From: Deferribacteraceae bacterium
GTDB taxonomy: Bacteria; Chrysiogenota; Deferribacteres; Deferribacterales; Deferrivibrionaceae
Assembly (NCBI GenBank): GCA_020054865.1
Contig: JAIHAR010000003.1
Span: 39,645-103,644 of the forward strand
Direction: 5' to 3'
DNA length: 64,000 bases
The position numbers and the translations under genes are program-made. How positions within the stretch are numbered: position 1 is the first letter of the stretch; each line of letters starts with the position of its first letter. The notes beneath the pieces were generated by a model that saw only the letters and a list, made by a program, of their open reading frames with translations, did no database searches and was not told the DNA's origin. Shown here piece by piece: positions 40,076 through 49,856 of this stretch.

Positions 40076-40968
40076 TTTTTGACTCCTATGATGGCACTGC
40101 CTATTTCACTTGTCAGCATTGCAAGGATTATTATCAATGCTCCGACGTATTGATTAAATGTAAGTATTTCTTTGCCGATAAAATATCCGAAAAATGCTGC
40201 AGACACAGGCTCTAATGTAAATAAAATAGCAGCTTTTGTGGGTGTGGTATATTTTTGCATTGCTGTTTGTATGAAAAATGCCAGTACTGTTGCAAAAAAA
40301 CCTGTCAGAATAAACGCAAATATTGTTTCATTGTTTAATTGTATATAAATATTTTTATTTGTTGCAAAAGATACAAATGTTGATAACAAAGCCGTTACAG
40401 TTATCTGTATAACGGTTAAAATCATTGCATCATATTTTCTTGAATAAAAATCGGTTAAAATTATGTGTATTGCAATCCCTATGGCATTCAAAAGAATCAA
40501 AAACTCCCCTTTGCCAAAATTTACTTTTCCTTTAAATGATATAAAATACAGCCCGATAATTGATAAAATGACCCCTATTATTGAAGTAGGGTAGGGTTTT
40601 TTCTTTAAAAAAAGGAATGAAAAGAGTGGTACAAATACAATATAAAGACCTGTCAGAAATCCTGTTTTGGAAGCAGATACATACATCAGTCCGACAGTTT
40701 GCAGATAAAATACCAAAAACATAACAAAACCCATAACCAGACCTGCATAAACTGACGAAAGTGATATTTTATTTTTTCTTAAAAACAGAAAAGGAAAAAG
40801 TAGTAATGACGCAAAGAAAAATCTGTAGCTTAAAAATACTACCGGGTCAATTTTATTCACTGCCTCTTTAACTATTATAAAAGTACTGCCCCAGATAATT
40901 GAAATAAAAAGCAGTGAAATATCTGCTGAGTATTCAAGTAATCTTCTGTTCATAATTTGCAAACTCAA
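40072..40968 (-). CDS. EamA/DMT-superfamily transporter (paralog 2 of 3)
   Basis: 298 aa; 10 TM helices; YRFFFASL motif. Confidence 0.75.
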   Translation of the reverse strand: MSLQIMNRRLLEYSADISLLFISIIWGSTFIIVKEAVNKIDPVVFLSYRFFFASLLLFPFLFLRKNKISLSSVYAGLVMGFVMFLVFYLQTVGLMYVSASKTGFLTGLYIVFVPLFSFLFLKKKPYPTSIIGVILSIIGLYFISFKGKVNFGKGEFLILLNAIGIAIHIILTDFYSRKYDAMILTVIQITVTALLSTFVSFATNKNIYIQLNNETIFAFILTGFFATVLAFFIQTAMQKYTTPTKAAILFTLEPVSAAFFGYFIGKEILTFNQYVGALIIILAMLTSEIGSAIIGVKK

Positions 40969-41815
40969 TTTTTTTTATTTGGGGAAGCATTATAGATATT
41001 AATATCAACGCCATTCCTGATATTTGAATATAATCAACCTTCTCTGAAAGGATTAAACCTGAGGCAATGACTGTTATAACAGGCTCAATGGATGAAAATA
41101 TTGATGCATACATGCTTCCTATTTTTTCGATAGACAGGTATAGCAGTGTAATGGCAAGAAAAGTGGAAATAAAAGACAGGCCTGTGATAAGCAGTATTGC
41201 ATTTTTATCAAACTTAAAAGAAAAATCGGCCTTCAATGAAAATGAGAGCGCAGCAAAAAGCATTACATAAAAGCTAAAAGTAAGCGGTTTTTGAGTTTTC
41301 AAGGAGTACTGTATAAAAATAATGTAGCAAGAAAATACCATTGAAGCGCCAAGTGCAAATGCGATGCCTGTCAATGAATATCTGTTATAAAAAGCATTAT
41401 AGAATATCAGGCAGCTGCCAATCGCAATGAATATCAGTGAAAAAATGGTTACATTATTTAGTTTTTGTTTATAAATAAATACAGACAATATTGTGACAAA
41501 CAGGGGGTATAAGTAGAGGATTAATGATGCAGTTGAAACTGAAGTGTTTTTGATTGCCAGAAAAAATAAATTGCTCTGCAAAAAATATAAAATGCTTCCT
41601 GCAAACATTGCTTTTAGAAGGTTTATCCTTTTTATTACAAAAAGTTTCGGGTTTTTTAATGCAAAATAAATAGCAAAGATTAAAGATGCAAAGAAGAATC
41701 TGTAAAACAACATATTTGACGTAGATATATCCATATTATAACCCTGTTTGGCAAAAATTGCCAGGAAGGCAAAGCATGTTGCTGACAGAAGAGCGTATAT
41801 AATTCCAGTTGACAT
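40934..41815 (-). CDS. EamA/DMT-superfamily transporter (paralog 1 of 3)
   Basis: 293 aa; 10 TM helices; YRFFFASL motif; 35-nt overlap with the next paralog. Confidence 0.75.
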   Translation of the reverse strand: MSTGIIYALLSATCFAFLAIFAKQGYNMDISTSNMLFYRFFFASLIFAIYFALKNPKLFVIKRINLLKAMFAGSILYFLQSNLFFLAIKNTSVSTASLILYLYPLFVTILSVFIYKQKLNNVTIFSLIFIAIGSCLIFYNAFYNRYSLTGIAFALGASMVFSCYIIFIQYSLKTQKPLTFSFYVMLFAALSFSLKADFSFKFDKNAILLITGLSFISTFLAITLLYLSIEKIGSMYASIFSSIEPVITVIASGLILSEKVDYIQISGMALILISIMLPQIKKIEFANYEQKIT

Positions 41816-41922
41816 TTAATCACCTATAAAAAAATTAAGTATTAATAATCGATTATTTTTATAAAATCAAATATAATCTGATAGTTTATTAAAGTTTAGT
41901 TATATTTTAATATTGTTAAAAA

Positions 41923-41937
41923 CAACTTGACAAGTTG
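41923..41937. promoter_or_regulatory. perfect inverted repeat CAACTTG-A-CAAGTTG overlapping a TTGACA -35 hexamer upstream of pta-ackA
   Basis: 7-bp arms, 1-bp spacer; the embedded TTGACA (41927-41932) lies about 50 nt upstream of the pta ATG. Confidence 0.35.
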
Positions 41938-41983
41938 TAGTTATTTATTAAAATAAAATATCATTCTATTTTAGGGGGACATT

Positions 41984-42970
41984 ATGTCTTTGATGGAAAA
42001 GTTTTGGCAAATGGCAAAAGAAAAACAGGGGACAGTTGTATTGCCCGAAGGTGTTGACGAAAGAACAATTGATGCTGCACACACTATTTCAAAAAATGGT
42101 CTGGCTAAGGTAATTGTTTTAGGTGAAGAAGAAAAGGTAAAGAATCTTTTTAAGTCAAAAGGATACCCTGTGGATTGTGAAATAATTGAGCCTGAAAAGA
42201 GCAAGTATTATGAAGAATTTGTAACGGAGTATTATGAAAAAAGAAAGTCAAAAGGGATGACTCTTGATGAGGCGAGAGCTTCCATGAAAGATGTTAATTA
42301 CTTCGGTTGTATGCTTGTTGAAAAAGGGGTTGCAAATGGTGCAGTTACGGGCGCCTGCCATACAACTGCAGACGTGTTGAGGGCTGCTATAAGGGTAATC
42401 GGTACAAAGCCTGGGATGAAAACGGTTTCAAGTTGTTTCATTATGGTGACTCCCAAAAAAGAATTTGGGAAAGATGGCGCAGTATTGTTTGCTGACTGTG
42501 CTGTAAACCCCAATCCGGATGCAAGAACTTTGGCAGAAATTGCTCTTGCCACAGCTGATAGCTGTAAAGCCTTTTTGGGGGTTGAGCCTAAGGTTGCAAT
42601 GTTGTCGTTTTCAACCAAAGGGAGTGCGAGTCACCCTGATGTTGATAAGGTTCTTGAGGCGTTAAAAATTTCAAAAGAGATGGCTCCTGAACTAAAAATT
42701 GACGGTGAATTGCAGGCAGATGCAGCACTTTTAAAAAGTGTCGGGGAGAGAAAAGCGCCTGGTAGCGATGTCGCCGGAAGTGCAAACGTATTGATATTCC
42801 CTGATCTTGATGCAGGAAATATAGGGTACAAGCTTGTAGAAAGGGTTGCTTCTGCAGAAGCGATAGGCCCTATTATTCAGGGTTTGAAAAAACCTGTCAA
42901 TGATTTGTCAAGGGGTTGCAAGTATATGGATATTGTTAATGTAGCTGCCATCACGATGGTACAATCTTAA
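41984..42970 (+). CDS. pta: phosphate acetyltransferase (short PTA form)
   Basis: 328 aa; PTA_PTB fold pattern; immediately upstream of ackA. Confidence 0.85.
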   Translation: MSLMEKFWQMAKEKQGTVVLPEGVDERTIDAAHTISKNGLAKVIVLGEEEKVKNLFKSKGYPVDCEIIEPEKSKYYEEFVTEYYEKRKSKGMTLDEARASMKDVNYFGCMLVEKGVANGAVTGACHTTADVLRAAIRVIGTKPGMKTVSSCFIMVTPKKEFGKDGAVLFADCAVNPNPDARTLAEIALATADSCKAFLGVEPKVAMLSFSTKGSASHPDVDKVLEALKISKEMAPELKIDGELQADAALLKSVGERKAPGSDVAGSANVLIFPDLDAGNIGYKLVERVASAEAIGPIIQGLKKPVNDLSRGCKYMDIVNVAAITMVQS

Positions 42971-42983
42971 AGGGGGATTAGTT

Positions 42984-44228
42984 ATGAAAATTCTTGCGCT
43001 TAATTGCGGTAGTTCATCAGTAAAATATCAACTTTTTGATTGGGAAGAAAAAAAGGTTGTGGCAAAAGGTGTTGTTGAAAGAGTTGGTATAGGGGACTCT
43101 TTTATTATACATGAAGTTCCTGGCAGGGATTCTTATAGAAATGAGTATGAATGTCACGATCATAATACTGCTATAAATCTTGTTGTTAATACTCTTGAAA
43201 GTAAGGAAAATGGTGTTATTGAGAAAATTAGCGAAATTTCTGCCGTAGGTCATAGGGTCGTTCATGGAGGGGAAAGGTTCAAAAGTAGTGTGCTTATCGA
43301 TGATAAGGTTATAAAGGCGATAGAAGATGTTCAGAATCTTGCACCACTGCATAATCCACCAAACCTTGCGGGGATAAGAGCTGCTAAAGCTGTTTTACCT
43401 GATGTTCCTCATGTGGCAATATTTGATACGGCTTTTCATCAATCAATGCCTGATTATGCTTATACATATGCCATTCCTTATGAATGGTACAAAGAGTACG
43501 GCGTAAGAAGATACGGTTTTCATGGCACAAGCCATCTGTACGTATCAAAGAGGGCGGCAGTACTTCTGGGGAAAGATCCTAAAGATTGTAATATAATTAC
43601 AATGCATATAGGAAACGGTGTATCCCATACTGCAATAAAAAATGGGAAGTCTGTTGACACGTCAATGGGCCTGACGCCACTTGAAGGTGCTGTGATGGGG
43701 ACCAGGTGCGGAGACCTTGATCCGGCTGTCCCACTGTTTATGCAGCAGCAACTCAATGTTGGACCAAAAGAAATGGACAGCTTGCTTAACAAGAAATCAG
43801 GTATTCTTGGTATTACAGGTAAATATACGGACAGAAGGGATGTGCTGGAACACGTGGATACAGATGAGAGGTGCAGACTTGCTATCGAAATAGAGGCGTA
43901 TAGGCTTAAAAAATATATTGGCGCTTATTATGCTGTTCTTGGCAGAGTAGATGCTATTGTGTTTACTGCAGGTGTTGGCGAAAACGCAGGTATTATTAGG
44001 CAAAAGGCCTTAGAAGGGCTTGAGGAACTTGGTATAAAAATTGATAAAGATAAAAATCTTAAAACATTCAGCAAGTCGGGAGAAACTGAAATTTCCACTC
44101 CTGACTCAAAGGTTAAGGTTTTTGTGATTCCTACAAACGAAGAACTCGTCTTCGTGGAGGATGTGGTTGCAATATTGCAAAATACCTACAAAGATCACAC
44201 AGAATATCCATACTCATTTCTAAAATAA
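42984..44228 (+). CDS. ackA: acetate kinase
   Basis: 414 aa; characteristic AckA motifs (LNCGSSSVKYQLF, VHGGE, HLGNG, EGxxMGTRxGDLDP). Confidence 0.9.
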   Translation: MKILALNCGSSSVKYQLFDWEEKKVVAKGVVERVGIGDSFIIHEVPGRDSYRNEYECHDHNTAINLVVNTLESKENGVIEKISEISAVGHRVVHGGERFKSSVLIDDKVIKAIEDVQNLAPLHNPPNLAGIRAAKAVLPDVPHVAIFDTAFHQSMPDYAYTYAIPYEWYKEYGVRRYGFHGTSHLYVSKRAAVLLGKDPKDCNIITMHIGNGVSHTAIKNGKSVDTSMGLTPLEGAVMGTRCGDLDPAVPLFMQQQLNVGPKEMDSLLNKKSGILGITGKYTDRRDVLEHVDTDERCRLAIEIEAYRLKKYIGAYYAVLGRVDAIVFTAGVGENAGIIRQKALEGLEELGIKIDKDKNLKTFSKSGETEISTPDSKVKVFVIPTNEELVFVEDVVAILQNTYKDHTEYPYSFLK

Positions 44229-44231
44229 TAA

Positions 44232-44255
44232 AGCCCCAAAAATGGGGCTTTTTTT
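44232..44255. terminator. rho-independent terminator (AGCCCCA-aaaa-TGGGGCT + T7)
   Basis: 7-bp stem and T-tract directly after the ackA stop; overlaps the 3' end of the convergent SPFH gene. Confidence 0.7.
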
Positions 44256-44997
44256 ATTCGTTTTTTATAAAACTTTTAAGCATTTCAACAGGTAATGGAA
44301 ATACTATTGTAGAATTTTTTTCCGATGCTATTTCATTTAGCGTCTGAAGATAACGTAATTGAATAGTGATAGGGTTTTTGGACATTATTTCACTTGCCTG
44401 AGATAATTTTTCTGCTGACTGCAATTCCCCTTCGGCGTGAATAATTTTAGAGCGCCTTTCCCTTTCTGCCTCAGCCTGTTTTGCCATTGCCCTTTGCATT
44501 TCCTGTGGCAAATCGATGTGCTTTATTTCCACTGCAGTAACTTTTACACCCCACGGATCTGTTTGTTTGTCTATTACATCCTGTAATTCAAGGTTTATCT
44601 TCTCTCTATTGGAAAGCAGGTCATCCAATTCAAATTGGCCCAGGATACTTCTTAAGGTAGTTTGTGATAACTGACTTGTAGCATAATAAAAATCTTCGAC
44701 TTCCAGAACGGCTTTCTCCGGTGAAACAACCCTGAAGTATACTACCGCATTCACTTTGACGGAAACATTGTCTTTGGTTATAACATCCTGTGGAGGGACA
44801 TCCATTACAACTGTTCTTAAATTAATTTTAACCATCTTTTCAATACCAGGGATAAGTATAATTAAACCAGGGCCACGGACAGAAACATACCTTCCAAGCC
44901 TGAATATAACCCCTCTTTCATATTCTTTCAGAATTTTTACCGTATTGAAAATTATAACAAGTATTAGAATAAAAATGATTGCAGGCAAACTAAACAT
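44254..44997 (-). CDS. SPFH/band-7 (stomatin-like) membrane protein
   Basis: 247 aa; N-terminal TM helix; SPFH domain pattern; C-terminal coiled coil. Confidence 0.8.
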   Translation of the reverse strand: MFSLPAIIFILILVIIFNTVKILKEYERGVIFRLGRYVSVRGPGLIILIPGIEKMVKINLRTVVMDVPPQDVITKDNVSVKVNAVVYFRVVSPEKAVLEVEDFYYATSQLSQTTLRSILGQFELDDLLSNREKINLELQDVIDKQTDPWGVKVTAVEIKHIDLPQEMQRAMAKQAEAERERRSKIIHAEGELQSAEKLSQASEIMSKNPITIQLRYLQTLNEIASEKNSTIVFPLPVEMLKSFIKNE

Positions 44998-45085
44998 ATT
45001 GACCTCCTTTATTTATTTATGTATTATTCACCTCAATTTTACATTAAAATGTACACTACTTCAAAATAATTTAAAAGAGGAATTT

Positions 45086-45955
45086 ATGATAGTAAGTATG
45101 ACAGGGTACGGGAGTGTTACAAGGCACTTTGATTTGTTTGATATTACGGTATCTATAAAATCTGTAAACAGCAAATATTCAGATATCAAAATAAAATTGC
45201 CGAAGTTTTTATATTTAAGAGAGGTAGAGTTTATAAATATTGTCAAAAATGAACTGTTAAGAGGAAAAATTGATGTAATAATAGATGTTTTTCTAAGAAA
45301 ACCTATCAAAAAGGCAAGGCTCAATACCGAATATTTCAACATGTATATGGATGTTCTAAGAGAGGTTCAGATTAGAAGTGAAATACTTGATGACATTAAG
45401 ATAGAGCATATATTACAATTTGAAAATATAATAGATTTTGTTGATGAATCGGATATGACAGAATTTATTGATAGGGAGGTTGTGGCAGTTTTAAGAGAAT
45501 GCTTGTCTGAAGTAAAAAGGATGAGAGAAATTGAAGGCAAGCATTTGCAAGATGTTATAACAGAATCCCTGAAAAAGTTGCAGGCTATGAATGATGAGAT
45601 TTCAAATTTAAAGGATGAAGTTTACAATATTAATCTTGATAAATATAGAAAGAGAATTGAAGAGCTTGTTTTAAAATTTGATGAGGATAGAATAATTACG
45701 GAAGCTGGAATAATTTCGGAGCGCCTTGACATTTCTGAGGAAGTAAACCGTATAAATTCCCATATCAGGCAGGTAATAAATGTAATTAACAATGAGTTTC
45801 CATGTGGCAAAAAGCTTGATTTCTTTTGTCAGGAATTAAACAGGGAATTTAATACAATAGGTTCAAAATCATCACAGATTGAAGTTATAAATTATGTGGT
45901 TAGTGCTAAAAGTGAAATTGACAAAATAAGGGAACAGGTACAGAATATCATATGA
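45086..45955 (+). CDS. yicC: YicC-family protein
   Basis: 289 aa from ATG 45086 (RBS AAAGAGG); N-terminus MIVSMTGYGS...SVNSKY...RGK matches the YicC pattern; the ORF-track extension from 44756 is antisense to the SPFH gene and has no RBS. Confidence 0.75.
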   Translation: MIVSMTGYGSVTRHFDLFDITVSIKSVNSKYSDIKIKLPKFLYLREVEFINIVKNELLRGKIDVIIDVFLRKPIKKARLNTEYFNMYMDVLREVQIRSEILDDIKIEHILQFENIIDFVDESDMTEFIDREVVAVLRECLSEVKRMREIEGKHLQDVITESLKKLQAMNDEISNLKDEVYNINLDKYRKRIEELVLKFDEDRIITEAGIISERLDISEEVNRINSHIRQVINVINNEFPCGKKLDFFCQELNREFNTIGSKSSQIEVINYVVSAKSEIDKIREQVQNII

Positions 45956-46563
45956 ATGATTTGGGTAAACTTTTTGTAATAAGTGCACCTAGCGGGGCAG
46001 GTAAGACTTCACTTTGTAATGAGCTTTTGAAAACTTATGGCAATCTGGAGTATTCAATATCTTATACTACGCGTGAGCCCAGAGCGGACGAGGTTGACGG
46101 GAAAGACTACTTTTTTGTGAGTGAGAAAGTGTTTAGAAAAATGATAGAAAATGATGAGTTTATAGAATGGGCTGAGGTTCATGGGAATTTTTACGGTACA
46201 CCGAAGAAATTTATAGAAGACAAGTTGAAATCAGGGGTTAATATTTTGCTTGATATCGACCCCCAGGGCGCAAGGCAGCTAAGGAAGAGACTTAATTTTG
46301 GTATTTATGTGTTTGTTATAGCACCAAGTATCAAGGAATTGGAAGAGAGGCTAAGAAAAAGAAGGAGTGAGTCGGAGGAGAAGCTTCGTCTCCGGCTTGA
46401 GAATGCAAGAAAAGAGGTTCAGTTTTACAAGGATTATGATTATATTATAATTAATAAAAACTTTGAAAAAGCATTCAATGAGCTCAATGCAATATATATT
46501 GCCGAGCATTTAAGGTCGAAAGATGTAAAAAAAATAGAAGATATTGTGAATTTGGAGGTTTGA
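45952..46563 (+). CDS. gmk: guanylate kinase
   Basis: 203 aa; P-loop ISAPSGAGKTSL; Gmk pattern (SYTTREPR); overlaps the yicC stop. Confidence 0.85.
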   Translation: MNDLGKLFVISAPSGAGKTSLCNELLKTYGNLEYSISYTTREPRADEVDGKDYFFVSEKVFRKMIENDEFIEWAEVHGNFYGTPKKFIEDKLKSGVNILLDIDPQGARQLRKRLNFGIYVFVIAPSIKELEERLRKRRSESEEKLRLRLENARKEVQFYKDYDYIIINKNFEKAFNELNAIYIAEHLRSKDVKKIEDIVNLEV

Positions 46564-46564
46564 A

Positions 46565-46786
46565 GTGGCACTTATTGATATTGAAAAGTTGGTTAAACGA
46601 GAAGATATTAAGGGGAAGTACAGGCTCAACAGGATATTAAGCCTGAGAGCAAGGGAGATTGTTGATGCCAAAGAAGGGACACTACCTCCTCAGGTAAATG
46701 AAGGGAGCAAACCTACAACCAAAGCGATTTTTGAGCTTGTTAAAGGAAAAATAAGGGTGGAAAAGATAGAAGAGGGCGATGAGTAA
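46565..46786 (+). CDS. rpoZ: DNA-directed RNA polymerase subunit omega
   Basis: 73-aa ORF with GTG start directly after gmk (conserved gmk-rpoZ synteny); RpoZ-like N-terminal pattern. Confidence 0.6.
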   Translation: MALIDIEKLVKREDIKGKYRLNRILSLRAREIVDAKEGTLPPQVNEGSKPTTKAIFELVKGKIRVEKIEEGDE

Positions 46787-47972
46787 TATTTTAATAGGGG
46801 TTTCAGGGGGGATTGCTGCATACAAAATCCCCATTCTTTGTAGAAAATTTATACAAGCAGGCGATAGTGTCAAAGTAATTTTGACTGAGAATGCTGCTAA
46901 GTTTGTTACCCCTCTTACTCTTGAAACTTTGACAAAAAACAGGGTATATCTCGATGACTTTTTGACAGATATAAGTCCGAGAGATATTGAGCATATTGAC
47001 CTTGCTGAGTGGGCGGATATTTTCATAATCGCACCTGCCACTGCAAATACAATCGCCAAGATGGCATGTGGCATAGCCGATAATCTTTTGACTTCAACAT
47101 ATCTTGCCTACAAAACTGAAAAACCTTTATTCATTTGCCCTGCGATGAATACCAATATGTATCAGAATCCTGCAACAGTAGATAATTTAAACAAAATTGC
47201 ACAAAGAGGCGTTAATATTATAAGCCCTATTGAAGGTGAACTTGCATGTAAAGATGTGGGCATTGGAAAGATGCAGGAGCCGGAGATTATCTTCGAGGCA
47301 GTTAAAGATAAACTCAGTGCTTGCAATGTGCTAAATGGATTAAAAGTGATAGTGACAGCCGGCCCTACCATAGAGGATATTGACCCTGTAAGATACATTT
47401 CAAACAGAAGTAGTGGGAAGATGGGTTATGCTATTGCAGAAATGGCAAAAAAGATGGGGGCTGATGTTACTTTAATTTCAGGTCCTTCTAATTTAAAAAC
47501 TTCCCTAAATGTAACAAAGGTTAAAAGCGCAATAAATATGTTGAATGTATTAAAGCAAAAGGTTGAAGACTGTGATATTTTGATTATGGCTGCAGCAGTG
47601 GCAGATTATCGGGTAGAAAATATAAGTGATATTAAGATTAAAAAGAGTAGCAATGAACTTCATTTAAAGCTTATCAAAAATCCTGATATACTTTTTGAGC
47701 TTTCAAAAGTAAAAAGAGAAGGGCAAGTTTTTGTAGGTTTTGCTGCAGAGTCTAATGACCTTGAGGAAAATGCCGTCTTAAAGTTAAAAATGAAGAATCT
47801 TGATATGATAGTTGCCAATGATATCAAAAGAGAAGATATAGCCTTTGATTCTGACTACAATGAGGTAATTGTTTTCAATAAAAAGGGTTCAAAGTTAACT
47901 ATTAAGAAAGATAAAAAGGAAGTAATTGCAGAAAAAATATTGAAAGAGATCAAAGCTTATATAAATGGGTAA
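46779..47972 (+). CDS. coaBC: bifunctional phosphopantothenoylcysteine decarboxylase / phosphopantothenate-cysteine ligase
   Basis: 397 aa; N-terminal flavoprotein motif (ILIGVSGGIAAYK); C-terminal CoaB domain. Confidence 0.85.
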   Translation: MSNILIGVSGGIAAYKIPILCRKFIQAGDSVKVILTENAAKFVTPLTLETLTKNRVYLDDFLTDISPRDIEHIDLAEWADIFIIAPATANTIAKMACGIADNLLTSTYLAYKTEKPLFICPAMNTNMYQNPATVDNLNKIAQRGVNIISPIEGELACKDVGIGKMQEPEIIFEAVKDKLSACNVLNGLKVIVTAGPTIEDIDPVRYISNRSSGKMGYAIAEMAKKMGADVTLISGPSNLKTSLNVTKVKSAINMLNVLKQKVEDCDILIMAAAVADYRVENISDIKIKKSSNELHLKLIKNPDILFELSKVKREGQVFVGFAAESNDLEENAVLKLKMKNLDMIVANDIKREDIAFDSDYNEVIVFNKKGSKLTIKKDKKEVIAEKILKEIKAYING

Positions 47973-48600
47973 GTTTATTAAAGAAAATTTTCTAAATGAT
48001 GTTTATGGGGTTTCTGAAATACTGATTGACAGCTGTTTAAATAGTGAAAGTGACCCTTTTATGGAATTAAAGGATGCAGTTGAAAACTGTAAGAAGTGTC
48101 AGCTTTCAAATTATAGAAGCAATGTTGTTTTTGGTGAAGGTGATATAAATGCTGGTTTGATGTTTGTTGGCGAAGGGCCGGGAGCTGAGGAGGATAGGCA
48201 AGGGAGGCCTTTTGTGGGCCGGGCAGGGCAACTTTTGACCAAAATGATTGAAGCTATGGGACTAAAAAGAGAAGAGGTATATATAGCAAACATTGTCAAG
48301 TGCAGGCCGCCTGACAATAGAAACCCTTTCATGGAAGAGGCTACAGCATGTATTGATTATCTAAAAAAGCAGATTGAGCTGGTCAGTCCAAAAGTTATTG
48401 TTTGTCTTGGAAGTGTTGCTGCAACTTATCTTCTTAATACTGAGAAACAAATTTCAAAACTTAGGGGTGAATTTGTTGATTTTAATGGAATAAAGGTTAT
48501 GCCTACATTTCACCCTGCATATCTTCTTAGAAATCCTTCCAAAAAGAAAGAAGCATGGGAAGATTTAAAAAAAGTTATAAATTTTTTAAATTTGAAATGA
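47965..48600 (+). CDS. uracil-DNA glycosylase, family 4 (Fe-S containing)
   Basis: 211 aa; family-4 motifs (CKKCQLS, GEGPGAEED, PFVGRAGQLL, HPAYLLR). Confidence 0.8.
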   Translation: MGKFIKENFLNDVYGVSEILIDSCLNSESDPFMELKDAVENCKKCQLSNYRSNVVFGEGDINAGLMFVGEGPGAEEDRQGRPFVGRAGQLLTKMIEAMGLKREEVYIANIVKCRPPDNRNPFMEEATACIDYLKKQIELVSPKVIVCLGSVAATYLLNTEKQISKLRGEFVDFNGIKVMPTFHPAYLLRNPSKKKEAWEDLKKVINFLNLK

Positions 48601-48615
48601 TTTTTTTGAATTTAG

Positions 48616-48624
48616 TGGTATAAT
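48616..48624 (+). promoter_or_regulatory. extended -10 promoter (TGgTATAAT) for the CsgG-like/LPP20 operon
   Basis: Perfect TGnTATAAT about 40 nt upstream of ATG 48663 (RBS TAGGGGG). Confidence 0.45.
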
Positions 48625-48662
48625 ATTTTAAGGTCTTAAATTATTAACTTTAGGGGGTTTAG

Positions 48663-49850
48663 ATGAAATCTTTGAAATTATTAGCTTTAGTTGTTAGTTT
48701 ATCCTTGGTTCTTTTCGCCTGTGCTCCACCAAAAATTGACCCGATGAGTATGCAGGTTACGCCTGCCGATACTGAGCAGGTTAATATCCCTCAGATTTGT
48801 ATGGCCCAATACGAAAGCAAAAAAATAAGTGTTGCTGTACTTCCTTTTACCAACAATACTACTTTTGGAAAAATGGAAGGGGTTAATACAAATATTCAGG
48901 GTGAGGCTACCAGGACTCATACTTCTGCAGGTGTTGCAGGTGTTGTTGCTGCGCCGGGTGCAGTTGGAATAGGTTATGCAGGTGCCAGTAAAACAAATGT
49001 TAAGTACTCAAAAGATATTAACACTTTTTACAGACAGATTTCACCTCAGCTTGGTGAGTTTGCTCAGTCAGCAGTTGAGGATACTATTGTTAACATTGGT
49101 GGTGTGAATGTTTTTAGCCGTGCTCAAATGGAAAAAATACTCCAGGAGCAAGGATTTCAGATGAATGTGGCTGATCCTAATACTGTTGCTCAGTTTGGCA
49201 AAATTGCCGGTGTAAGTTATGTAATCACAGGTACTGTTGACAATATAAATGCAAAATATGTTCCTAAATCAGATACCAATACAGGAAATGTCTGGGTCAA
49301 CCTTGCCCTTACTGTTGGAAAATCTATGGTTGATGGATGGAATGTTACCACTGATATGACAGTACAGCTTATTGATGTATCCACAGGACAGATTTTGCTT
49401 TCCAAAAAGGTAAGCGGACGTGAACTTGGGGGGACACAACCAGGCTTTAACCCTGAGCTAGTAGTTACTGCTGCCAAGAAGGCTATGCAGGAGTCTGTTG
49501 ATGATATAAAACCTGTTTTTTCAGAGCATTTTTCTGCAAAAGCGTATATCAATCAACTTAGAGGAAATAAGTCTGCGGCAATGGTTTCCATGGGAAGAAA
49601 AGATGGAATAAAGCCAGGTGACAAGCTTGAAGCTTATGAATTTTTGGAAGTGCAGGATTTTATGACAAAAAAATCAAATTGTACAAAATCCAAAATTCCT
49701 GTTGAGTTGATAGTAAGTGACCAGGTGGATGAATCAACTTCGTGGGTTGTAGTTGAGGGTGAGCCTAATTCAAAAATGAGACTTAAACTGGGTACTCTGG
49801 TCAAAAGGGCACCAATGTCAGGGCAAAGTGTGATAAAAAAATTGTGGTAA
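48663..49850 (+). CDS. CsgG-like outer-membrane lipoprotein (curli-secretion-channel family) with a ~60-aa N-terminal insertion
   Basis: 395 aa; lipobox LFAC; CsgG-like blocks (ISVAVLPFTNNT; VFSRAQMEKILQEQGFQMN...FGKIAGVSYVITGTVDNI). Confidence 0.6.
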   Translation: MKSLKLLALVVSLSLVLFACAPPKIDPMSMQVTPADTEQVNIPQICMAQYESKKISVAVLPFTNNTTFGKMEGVNTNIQGEATRTHTSAGVAGVVAAPGAVGIGYAGASKTNVKYSKDINTFYRQISPQLGEFAQSAVEDTIVNIGGVNVFSRAQMEKILQEQGFQMNVADPNTVAQFGKIAGVSYVITGTVDNINAKYVPKSDTNTGNVWVNLALTVGKSMVDGWNVTTDMTVQLIDVSTGQILLSKKVSGRELGGTQPGFNPELVVTAAKKAMQESVDDIKPVFSEHFSAKAYINQLRGNKSAAMVSMGRKDGIKPGDKLEAYEFLEVQDFMTKKSNCTKSKIPVELIVSDQVDESTSWVVVEGEPNSKMRLKLGTLVKRAPMSGQSVIKKLW

Positions 49851-49856
49851 CTGGTT

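Noticed and set aside
44756-45085. ORF-track 5' extension of yicC (MTETLSLV...)
   Set aside because: The extension is antisense to the 5' half of the SPFH gene, has no RBS, and the conserved YicC N-terminus (MIVSMTGYG) starts at 45086 behind AAAGAGG.
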